Source: Takakia lepidozioides (Eukaryota > Plantae > Bryophyta). Taken from it: a DNA stretch of 64,000 nt. Each line of letters opens with the position of its first letter. Position 1 is the first letter of the stretch. Where the stretch lies: assembly GCA_030704615.1 (NCBI GenBank), contig CM060731.1, positions 28,954,001 to 29,018,000 on the forward strand, in the 5' to 3' direction. Position numbers and translations under genes: made by a program. The notes under the pieces are model-generated. The model had not been told where the DNA came from. It searched no databases and worked only from the letters and a program-made list of their open reading frames with translations. Of this stretch, positions 45,001-55,646 are shown in pieces.

Positions 45001-47061
45001 TCTGCCAGACCTTGACCAGTGGCTTAAAAAAACAAATGAGGAGGATCCAATCCTGATTTGAATTGAGGGTGAACCGAAGTAGGACATGAAATACAATCCT
45101 CTTGAGACATAACGAAGGTCGGTTGAGATAGACCACGAAGCAAAAAATCCAAGATGGGCTGCAAGTTCTTGTATATCATAGAGCTCCAAATCCCTAACCG
45201 GAAGTGTTTGTGCAACTCTGTCCACACTTCGCGATATTTCTCCCATCTATAGGCAAGTCGAAATCCGACAAGAGCTGGAATTCTGTGGTCCGATTCTGAA
45301 AACCGGGGGACATTGTAGCTCTTCTGGTGCTTCAAGATTTTGCACAAGACTCCGTTCACGTCAAAAATAATCAAACGCAACCCTTGCGTAGGAGGAGAAA
45401 CAGGTGCTTCAATCTACCAGAGAGTCATTCATACTTAGGATGATAAAAAGGAATAGTACAATGCATTGGAAAAACCGACACCAGGCAAGTGAACAAGAAC
45501 GTCCACTTGACAGCCGAGGTTCACCAAACTCAATTAAAATATTTTATGTCCCAATGCAGCGGCACACAACTCGTGATTGCTAAGGAACTTTTGCCACATA
45601 TAATCAAAGTCTCTAAGAAATTTGACCGTTGGGTCATCCTCGAAGAAATCCTTCGTAACGCCGAAATGATATAGCTCGTTGAATGGCATGACATCCATCC
45701 CCGATAACCGGAACATGTTAAGGTGAGGTTTGAGCTCTTCCAGTATAAATTTATCTCTGTCAGGGTCCACGCGCGCCTTATATTTTGGAAGGAGGATGGT
45801 ATGTCCTAACGGGTTCAAGTAGGACTTGTATATATTGTCTACAGTGTCGATGATGAGAGTATTGGATTTGTAAGCTGTCGGGTCTTCCTCAGCGAAAATG
45901 TCGTAAAGACGTTTAAAGTAGATGGGATTTTTGGGAGCTTTAGGCCATTTTTCGTTGAATGTCGATCTATGTATGACGGAATTCTCACTGTTGTAAGTTC
46001 TTACCTGGGAATAGTACTTCCCGAACACGGCCTTGGCAATAGTCTCAACGTTCATTTCAGGTCCAGTGTTCCAAAGACAAACGACAAACTTTTTGACGGC
46101 CCACTTAACGAATTCGTCAAGACCGTTTTGCGTAGCTAACTTGAATTTCCCTGCGGAGATACAAGGCTGGGTGGCAGGAGGGGTTTTCTTTCCATCCTTT
46201 AGGAAAATCTCACAAATGTAACCGATGTCCAGAACCAGGACATAGTATCCTAGCCGGTACCCGTTTGGTCCCCAAGGAAGGGAATGCAGATCGTTTGGAT
46301 TGACAGAAAAGGAATAGTCGACTAGAGGGTAATGCATGTTGTCCTGTGGAATAACAGAAGAGTTCATTATTAATTTCAATTTCAGAAATCCCAAAGTAGA
46401 GAAACGAAAAAATGGAGTTGAAAGCATTACCGTTTTTTGGGGCGGCTGCTGAGATCCTTGGACAGGCTCCTCCTCCTCTTTCCCATCTCTACGGCAAACG
46501 TTATCCTCCTTCTCTGTGGCACCAGATGGCAACCTCAACTGTCCAGTGGAGGTTACTTGTAGGACCGGCTCAGATAGAGCGACAGTGATTGTCCGATCCA
46601 CTCTTCTCTTCATCGTCTCAGTGTCGTTGGAGTCGGTCCTTGTGTGTTTGATCTCCTCAAACGCCGTCTCACGAATCTACAGGAAATTAAAGAATCCCAC
46701 GGATGAGGATTATGGTGGTCTAAATTGATCCGACAAAATTACCGAATTGAGCAATACCGAAGATGAGACTCAAAGACCAATAATAAGAGTAATAAGAATA
46801 AAGCCAATGTTTTACCCGAATCGGGATCTGTTGTTGGATTACGCGTTTGTGGTGCTCTGTCTCTTCTCCCTCCCCGCGAGTAGGAGGATCCTCCGACTCA
46901 TTCCCTGCAGATGGCAACGTCGATTGGACAGTGGAGGTTACTTGCGGAACCGGCTCAGGTGACCTGGCCCTCACTGTCAGATCCACGTGTCTCTTCACCG
47001 TTTGAGTCTCCTTTGAGCCTTTTCGTGTGTATGTCATTTCCTCCGAATGGGATTCTTGGAT
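42025..47061 (-). pseudogene. Spliced, 5'-truncated gene encoding three tandem FCP1/NIF-like (HAD superfamily) phosphatase domains
   Basis: Domain 1 (~46250-45590): VLVLDIG, GLDEFV, VCLWNT, YFKRL, NTLIIDT, KSYLNP. Domain 2 (~45380-44720): LIIFDVNGVL, LGIWSS, FFKPL, NTLLIDD, KCVLNPP. Domain 3 (~43118-42480): LLILSVNRLL, PGVLDFL, VAIWS, LVKDI, ILLVDD, RNPP. GT-AG exons include 47061-46816, 46676-46431, and acceptors at 46343 and 45413. Several frameshifts. Confidence 0.8.
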
Positions 47062-47104
47062 CTACAAGAAAAGTTATCCAAATCGGTTAGTGGTTGTAAC
47101 ATAG

Positions 47105-48598
47105 ATGTATTCCATGGAGATAAACAAAACTGTTCATCCGGTGTCTTCACGGTGGATGTATCCCATGGAGCGTTACATGAAAGATCTTAAGGGATACGTT
47201 AGGAATTACGCAAAGCCAGAAGGGAGTATGGTTGCAAGGTATGTTTTGGATGAGGCCATGGGGTTCGTGACTGAGTATATGCAATCATTTGATGCAACTC
47301 AACAGCGGACTTGGGATGCAAATGCGGAGGAAGGGGTTGAGGACGAGGTCTTCGAAGGTGTCAGCAAAAAGCGGGACATGACTGGAGCTGGGAGAGATGC
47401 AGCACAAATTTTGTATGTGCTGAACAATACCAATGTCATGGCTCCTTGGGCGTAGTGAGTACTTCTTTTCATTGCACCTTATTCATATCAAGTTCAATTT
47501 CAATTCTGACTGTCACCAGTATAATCAAACCACCCACAAAGTCACAAATGTCAGTGGTTCATCCTGATTATAACCAATGCTGTAGTAACGGAATGTCTGA
47601 GTGAGTGACTTGTTGGAAGAACATGTTCATTTACAAGCCATTCTGCTCACTCCTCCGGTGGTTTGAAAGAGTGGTTTTCAAAGTATCATTCATGCTAGGT
47701 ATTTTTTGCTAAATAATGCAATACTTCATTGCTAACATGTATCATTCTTGTTACCATTTTGTGACAAAAAGTATGCAACAGAGAATGCACAGTTCACAGC
47801 AGACAGAGAGGCATGTGGTGATGAGTGGCGTGCCAATCGACGTCTACCTTATCAGATCAGCCAATACCTAGGTCATTAGATGGTCCCACGGCTCTAAATA
47901 AAGAAGATTTGGATATGTTGGCTACCATTGGCATTTGTGCAACCAACCGCTATTCTAGTTGAGCAAAGTGATTTAGAGGGTGACGAATATGTTTCAGATT
48001 CAAAATAAAGTTTATTGTTGGAACCATTTGTTCAATAGCATCATCCCACAATGGTCTGGCCACTTGTCTATTTTTCAAAGTCTGTAACAGCTGCACAAAC
48101 CACTTAAAGTTTTTCATTTATCACCCAAAAAGTGATACCAATCACTATTGTGTAAGCAACCACTAACATAGTGGTTCCAATTACTTCAGTATCTTTCACC
48201 ACCCACTCTCCACCACTGTCAAAGTGGTACAAATCAATGAGGTGTCTTTAACCACTCAAGATCAACGTGCACTGTCCCCGTCCAATATTATATTTATGAA
48301 TTAAAATATATTTCCAAATAATAAATCACAAATAAAATTTGAATTATTACACGTGGAGTAGCAAGTGGTTTCAACCACTTCCCATCACTGAGGTGTCTAT
48401 AACCACTCACAATGTACCACTGCACTCGTCCACGTAGAATATTATATTTATTAATTAAAATATATTAGCAAATAAATAATAATAAATAAAAACAAATGAT
48501 TACACGTGGACTACTGAGTGGTTACTAGTGGCTTAAAGAGTGGAAAAAGACAGTAGTAATTAAAGAGCCAGTGGTTATTCCACAATTTTCTTCTAGTA
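47105..48598 (+). mobile_element. CACTA remnant 2: DUF4218 transposase fragment plus right terminus
   Basis: ORF 47105-47455 RWMYPMERYMKDLKGYVRN...EGSM is homologous to 30607-30975. Dense ACCACT/AGTGGT subterminal motifs, ~150-bp tandem units (~48239, ~48390), and terminus TTTTCTTCTAGTA (one change from TAGTG) at 48586-48598. Confidence 0.85.
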
Positions 48599-50486
48599 AC
48601 TTTGGCGGTGTTCGACGTGAATATCCAGTACAAATCGGGACGGGACAATGTGGTGGCCGATGCTTTAAGTAGAAAGCAGCAGCTCATGTTGGTGTACAGG
48701 GGCGAGACGATGCTGCAAAGGAAGATCCGGAAGGCTTACCGGAAGGATGAGATGGCGAAGTCTGTGATGCGAGACTTGAGGATGGGGGTTAAATCGCAGT
48801 TCCACTTGCACAATGGACTGCTCCCGTACAAGCAAAAGCGCCTCTACGTGCCGAAGGGAGGGATTAGAGATAGTCTCTTGAGGGAATGCCACGATGGCCC
48901 GCTTGGGGGCCACGGCGGAGCCAAGCGCACTGCGACACTCTTGAAGAAAGAGTATTTCTGGCCCAAACTGAGGGAGGAGGCCGAGGAGTATGTCAAGACA
49001 TGCACCACATGCCAACAAAACCGGAGCGAGTACAAAAAGCAAGCGGGGCTGTTACAACCCTTGCCGATTCCAGAGGGGTCTTGGGAAAGTGTCTCGATGG
49101 ATTTCATGATTGCTATGCCGCTGTCAAAAGGATTCGATGCAATCATGGTGGTGGTGGATACGTTCAGTAAAATGGGCCATTTCATCCCCACCAAGGAAAC
49201 GACAACGGCGCAGGAGACGGGGCGACTTTACTTCGCCCACGTCTTCATGCATCATGGATTCCCGAAGGATATTGACTCAGACCGCGATCCAAAGTTTACA
49301 AGTAAATTTTGGAGGGCATTTTGGAAGAAGATGGGGACGAGACTCAAGATGAGTACGGCCTTCCGACCTACGACGGACGACCAAACGGAAAGAGTGAACT
49401 TCGTGGTGAAGCAGATCTTGCGGAATTATGTGTCGGCAGACCAATCACACTGGGTGGAGCACTTAGATGCGGCAGAGTTTTGTTATAATAACAAAACACT
49501 CCACGACGGGAGTTTCCCCTTTCGTATTGGTCTATGGAAAAGCACCTCTGGTGTCGACAAGTTGGGCCGCCCAGGACGTTGAGGAACCGGCAGCAGCGGC
49601 GGTGCTGGAAGAACGCGAGCGTTTGCTGAAGCTCGCAAAGTACAACATTGCCAAAGCTAGGAAACAGTATGAACGGCAGGTGAATCGGAAGCGGAGGGAA
49701 TTAAGTTTGAGGCAGGCACGGAGGTCTGGTTGAACATCAAGAATTTTCGACTACCTTCGAAAGTGAGTCTGAAGTTCGTACCTCCGTATGCGGGGCCCTT
49801 TCGCATGCGGAAGGTTATGAATGAGGATGTGTATGAATTGGAGCTGCAGCAAGGTGCATCCGGTATTCCACGTCTCCCTTTTGAAGCCTTACTTCAAAGA
49901 TGAAGGGCGTCCGAATCGGCATTAAGTGTTGTGTCCACCACCTGTGCTATTGGATCATGAAAATGAATACGAGGTGGAGGCAGTGCTTAAGTCGAGGAGG
50001 TTCAAGAATCGAGAAACGGAGTATCTCGTGAAATGGAAGGGCTATCATCAAGTGGAGGCAACTTGGGTGCGTGCCTCAGAAATGGGAAACGCATCCGAGG
50101 CGGTTGCAGTTTTCAAAGGGTGACCTCAAAAGCAGAAGAAACGTTGATGGGGACACCCCCGCGGACACTCACAGAAGTATATATAGGGAGTAGTAACCCC
50201 GAGAACGGTGCAAGCCCGTTGGTGACCAAAAACTAGTGAGTAAGCGTGTGAGCCGGAAATCGACCAAGGTGTGGGGAGCTGTTCCAGACTGCCAACAACC
50301 AAAGGGAATTTTCCACTAGGCCCAAATTGAGACAGGGTCTTGTGGAGGAGCAAAGGGGGACCGTTATGTCCCTGTGAGCAGCCGAAGCTCCGAGTTGGCT
50401 CGGCTGCCAGTTTGGGAGTTAGGCGCGCGCATCAAAGCGAGTAACTATGACTTGAAGGGGAGCTTATCGAAGTGAGCTGCGCAACA
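48599..50486 (+). mobile_element. Chromovirus (Ty3/gypsy) 3' fragment: RNase H end, integrase, chromodomain, partial 3' LTR
   Basis: NVVADALSR, ECHD...GGH, CTTC, WESVSMDF, SDRDPKFTS, QTERVN, chromodomain EYEVEAVL...YLVKWKGY...ATW. LTR end CGAAGTGAGCTGCGCAACA (50468-50486); PPT and LTR start are deleted after 50155. Confidence 0.92.
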
Positions 50487-51375
50487 CTGTCCCGACCCCC
50501 CGCCCTCAAGGCAAAGGGCCGCAACACACACCCCTACCAAAGAGGAGTCGATGTCCTCATCTACTTATCCCTTTTTGTGGAAACTAACATCCAAGTTGTG
50601 GCGTCCAACATCAAGGAGTTTGTTTCCGTACCATGGCGTCTCATGACAAAGAACCAAACCCCCACTTGACTCTACTCTCCACTAGCTAATTCGGCCGACT
50701 TCCTCCAAGTCTCGGCCAAGGGTGGAGCCTTTCAAGCTCCACCTAGTGCACTCTTCTTGGCCCACTTCAAGGCCAAGGAATGATCCTCCCTGATGATCGA
50801 ATCGTCTTACTGCAACAACATTGCTTGTGACCGCTCATGATGCCGTTTTTTTGGCATCACCTTGAGCAAGGGTTCACCTTGAACCCTTTTTGACTAGGAA
50901 GATAACCTTGAACCAACCGTGCACCCCAATCACTACAATTGGGTCCGCCTTGGAATGCTGGCCCGAGGTACGGGAACACGCCGACTACGACTTCGTTCCG
51001 AGGCTACACGATTATAATATGTGAACGGAAGCACATAGCTTCCGCGTTAGCCCGCACTACAAGGCAACCCCCTCGGTAGCTCAGTTATAGTACGCGCACT
51101 AGCACGTGAACTCCCAAAGAAGGCGCAAGTTTCCTTGCCCCTTGGATGGGAGTCACCCGATTTCGGCACTATGCAAACACACTATTAATCCAATTTACCT
51201 CTCTCACTTTTGTAAGCTATCATGCATTCTACACACTAGCCAACCATACCTTGCATCACCATTCCAAACAAAATAGGAAGCACAACATTTGGAAACCATT
51301 TCATTTATAAGCAAAATTGTACAACACAAGTTTATGCAATCGGATTCCTAAGCTAGCTAAGCTGGACTAAGCATG

Positions 51376-54007
51376 CATTTCCTCCCTCACGATCCAAGGT
51401 TGATGTCCCCATCAACGCTTCTTCCGCTTTTGAGGACGGCCCTCGAAAGCTGCAACCGCCTCGGATGCGTTTCCCATTTCTGAGGCACGCACCCAAGTTG
51501 CCTCCACTTGATGATAACCCTTCCATTTCACGAAATACTTCGTTTCTCGATTCTTGAACCTCCTTGACTTAAGCACTGCCTCCACCTCATACTCGAGTTC
51601 ATTTTCATGATCCAACAGCACAGGTGGCAGACGCAACACTTGATGCCGATTCGGATGCGCTTCATCTTTGAAGTAAGGCTTCAAAAAGGAAACGTGGAAT
51701 ACTGGATGCACCTTGCTGTTTGCCGGTAGATCCGATTCATACACATCCTCATTCATAACCTTCCGGATGCGAAAGGGACAGCATACGGAGGTACAAACTT
51801 TGGACTCACTTCCGAAAGTAGTCGAAAATTCTTGATGTTCAACCAGACCTCCGTGCCTGCCTCAAACTTAACTTCCCTCCACTTCTGATTTGCCTGCCGT
51901 TCATACCGTTTCCTAGCTTTGGCAATGTTATACTTTGCGAGCTCCAACAATCGCTCGCGTTCTTCCAGCACCGCTGCTGCTGCCGGCTCCTCACCGTCTT
52001 GGGCGGCCCAACTTGTCGGCACCAGAGGTGCTTTTCCATAGGCCAATACAAAAGGGGAAACTCCCATTGCGGAGTGTTCTGTGTTATTATAATAGAACTC
52101 TACCGTATCCAAGTGCTCCACCCAGTCCGATTGGTCTGTCGATACATAATTCCGCAAGATCTGCTTCACCACGAAGTTCACTCTTTCCGTTTGGCCGTCT
52201 GTTGTAGGTCGGAAGGCCGTGCTCATTTTGAGCCTCGTCCCCATTTCCTTCCAAAGTGCCCTCCAAAATTTACTTGTAAACTTTGGATCGCGATCTGAAA
52301 TAATGTCCTTCGGGAGTCCATGATGCTTGAAAACATGGGCGAAATAAAGTCGCCTCGTCTCCTGCGCCGTTGCCGTTTCCTTGGTGGGGATGAAATGGCC
52401 CATTTTACAGAACCTATCCACCACCACCATGATTGCATCAAATCATTTTGATAGCGGCAAAGCAGTCATGAAATCCATTGAGACACTCTCCCAAGACCCC
52501 TCTGGAATCGGTAAAGGTTGTAACAGCTCCGCTTGCCTTTTGTACTCGCTCCGGTTTTGTTGGCATGTGGTGCATGTCTTGACATACTCCTCGGCCTCCT
52601 CCCTCAGTTTGGGCCAGAAATATTCTTTCTTCAAGAGTGCCGCGGTGCGCTGGGCTCCCCAGTGTCATGAAGGAGTGCGACGCTCCTGTGTCCACCAACA
52701 ACGACACGTTAGTTCCGGAAATTATCCTGCTCACAAACATTAACTGACTCCCTTTACGCAAGACTCCCATCTCCCGATACAACTGACAAGAGTAGTTGCC
52801 TCCATCAAGCGGCTGAGGGAGTCTTCGGACAGCTCCGTGGTCACCCGAATCTTGTTCAATTGTCGGGGTTTTGTGCATTTCTTAGCCATGTGCCCGGGCT
52901 CCCCGCAATTAAATCAAACCCCATCAAAGGTCGCCTTCTGTCCGCCATAAGCCGCTGCACCTGATTTTCCTTTCGGAGCACCGGGCGCCGCCTTGACGTG
53001 CAAATGCCCTCCCTTCGATTTCCATATGCCATTGTTGCCGCGTGGCCTATCCCACTTCTTCTCCGGTCGGAAGGAGTCACCCTCCCGCCGGACCTGCTTG
53101 TGGTTCAGCTCCGTACGGCTCTGTCTTTCGCCCATAGGGATATCCGAGAAACATTCGGCCCTTTCAATTGCCATTCAAAGTCTTTGGTGGCCTCTCCTCC
53201 AACTTCTGCCTGGCCCATGAGGCCAGTCCCGCCACAAAGTTGAAGACCATTTCTGGTTTCGCCATATCCGCGACTTTGAGCAACATCACATTGAAAGCCT
53301 GAATATATCCCCGAATGTCATCCGTTTGCTTCAAGTTCCTCATCTTGTCCCGGGCGAGCTAGGACGCGTTGAGGGGCACAAATTGTCTTTTTATAAGTTC
53401 CTTGAACCCATTACAGCTCAAGGTTTCTGGGTTTGGCCCTTGGTCATGAAGGCGCTTCTGCCACCATTGTTGAGCATAGCCCCTCAAATAGGTGGGAGCC
53501 ACTTCCATCCGATCCTCGTCACTCAACTTGGCTGCTCGGAAGTACTGCTCCAGCTCCAAGAGCCATGCGTTGAGTGCTTTCCGATTTTGGACGCCCTCGA
53601 AGGTGTCGGGTTTCTTATGCTTCACCTTAAACTTTGATTTAGTAGAAGTGGCATTAGCCGCCCTCATCACGTCTTTCAACGTCCCGCCAAACTGCACCAA
53701 CAACCCTTCCCAAAAGGCTGTTGGCATGGGAGACATCTGTTGGTCTGGCAGAGCCTCTGGAAAGTCCTCGGGCTCCGACTCCCCAAATTCCTCCCGTTCT
53801 TGAGCGGCCTCGCTTTCAGAAGCATAAATCGCCTCTTCCATTTGCCGCTTCGGTGACACGTCGCCCCACCGGGCTCACCAGGATCATCGTCTTTGGGGCT
53901 GTTCCGCTTTCGCTTTGTCTTGCCTGACCCCATGGTTAGGCCGATCTCAAGGACGATCGTGTACTAAACTCTAAGCTCTGATACTAAGTGTCGCGCAGCT
54001 CACTTCG
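51376..54007 (-). mobile_element. Chromovirus of the same family, internally deleted (gag, partial protease, integrase, chromodomain; RT and RNase H missing)
   Basis: 19-bp LTR end (53989-54007), tRNA-Met PBS TAGTATCAGAGC (53986-53975), gag KPDTFEG and CGEPGHMAKKC, protease LVDTGASHSF joined at ~52660 directly to integrase, chromodomain, PPT GAGGGAGGAAA (51388-51378). Confidence 0.92.
53975..53986 (-). promoter_or_regulatory. Primer-binding site (tRNA-Met), one mismatch
   Basis: TAGTATCAGAGC versus canonical TGGTATCAGAGC, 2 nt downstream of the LTR CA end. Confidence 0.85.
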
Positions 54008-54560
54008 TGGAGCCCCCACCACCGCCCCAAGGGCACCCGTGCCTTTGTCTAGCAAGATTATGCCCAAATATTTTGCTAGTCCAGGGACTTCCTATACTGG
54101 CATTACCACCGACAGAACCGTTTCCATCTATCAAAATACATTTTTTGGAATTTGCATTCTGCCATGATCGAAATCCACATCAATCAATTATGTACAAACA
54201 TGAAAAATATGACCTAATCATACATGCCCTCCATCAGAGAGGCTGGAGCACGACACCTCTGACCGTCATCACTGCGGGTGTCAGGGGCGGTGCTCATACC
54301 CATAATATCCAAGGTTTGAAAGATAATCTTAACCTACCACCCGAATACACTACACCTCTACTACGAGCCTTGCATTTCACGGTTATTTCATCACTCACAT
54401 CCCTAATCCTCAATAAACGTAAGATTGAAAGTGGCCATCTAGCCACTCTGTGACAGGTTACGGTTCGGATAGAGCCCATCCCTGAAAGGGGGCAGTACCT
54501 GCAAGGGGAAGAGGCTCTTATTTACGCTAGCTTCGGTTGGCGTCATATATATATATATAT
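54008..54560 (+). mobile_element. 3' end of a non-LTR retrotransposon with a C-terminal restriction-like (PD-(D/E)xK) endonuclease and (AT)n tail
   Basis: ORF to 54453: L[C]P[N]ILLV (TGC CCA AAT is two transitions from R-P-D), IHFLEFAFCHD, KHEKY, GW, VITAGVRG. A ~90-nt 3' UTR ends in GGCGTC(AT)8, and a second copy with TSD lies at 40188-40382. Confidence 0.75.
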
Positions 54561-54606
54561 TGTGAGCTTCGCAATGAGCACTAATTAGGTGTTGAAACAT
54601 TGAAAC

Positions 54607-55646
54607 CAATGTTGGGCAGGTATATTATATTATACTCGGGTATACAATATACCTTGGCACGCCCATTGCATGATAACCTGGCCCGGCCCTATTGGCCAAG
54701 TATTTAATTGCGTCCTACCTGAACCGGACCCTATCCTAAAACCAAGCCTCTAAGTATACCCGGACCCTACCCGGTTTCTCTCCGCCTCAGAGGGTTGGGT
54801 CTGGGTTTATGCCCACATGGGCCTACAGTAATCCACCGCACCCCACCTAGTGCGTCTTTTTCTCTTGGACCACACCACATATGCTTGAAAAACTGAATTA
54901 TTTGCTCCCTTTTTCTATTGGACCACACATTTGTCGGTTCTCTCTTCGCTTTGCTTTTAACTCGGCTTGTCCTCACCAGCGCATGTGTAAGCTTATGGCT
55001 TCTCAGGGTTGTATTTTTTTCCCTCTCCAATAAAATATGTGCCAATGCATTTATTTATTTATTTATTTTTTAGAAAAAAGGGAGCGGTGCCCGATAGTCA
55101 AATTAAAAGGGAAAATTCACTCGTGGAGAGTTATCCGGCACGGTCTTCCGTGAGTTCAAGCCTTATGGCAGCCTTCTCAAAGGGTTTAATTTTTTCCCTT
55201 CAATAATCCACATATCAATAAAGTTCTTGAGGGCCACCGTCCCCGTTTTGTTTTTGTTTTTTTTGTTTTTTTTTTGTTAAAAAAATTACCCTGAAGAAGG
55301 CCGTGAAGTATACGAGGGGGATACGTACCCAAAACAATTTTATTAAAAGTGTTGAAAACTTCAATTAGTTGCGTATTTTCTATTGGACTGTTTTAAGGTT
55401 TTTTTTTAAACTTATTAGTGCGTTGTGCCATTATTTTTTTAATAGGCCTGGACCCTTAATCTACCCCGGTCCTAAGGGTATGTTATATGACTGCCCGGAC
55501 ATACCCTAACCCGGCTCATTATTCAGATCTTATTTTACCATGACGCGACACGGATTGTATGTGCCCCCAGACCCAGAGGGTTCATTTTTTAACTAAAAAA
55601 GGGGTAGCCCGGACCCCGAGGGTATATACCTACCCGCCCAACAAAT
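54607..55646. mobile_element. Degenerate hAT-type MITE related to those at 1-249 and 16534
   Basis: CAATGTTGGGCAGGTA at 54607 and TACCCGCCCAACA at 55631-55643; CCGGA/GGGTAT subterminal motifs; no TSD recognisable. Confidence 0.55.

Noticed and set aside
42025-47061. Endogenous giant-virus NIF phosphatase gene
   Set aside because: Multiple spliceosomal introns and no neighbouring viral hallmark genes; not formally excluded without a phylogeny.
47060-47072. CTACAAGAAAA as a CACTA left TIR
   Set aside because: It lacks the leading CA and is exactly the minus-strand splice acceptor (TTTTCTTGTAG) of the duplicated exon.
54471-54518. Hammerhead or other ribozyme in the LINE 3' UTR
   Set aside because: The CUGANGA core is absent (CTGAAAG), and the required stem arrangement is not evident.
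54562-54574. GTGAGCTTCGCAA resembling the chromovirus LTR end, as a TSD or LTR remnant
   Set aside because: Only 12 of 13 nt match with no extension; compatible with chance.
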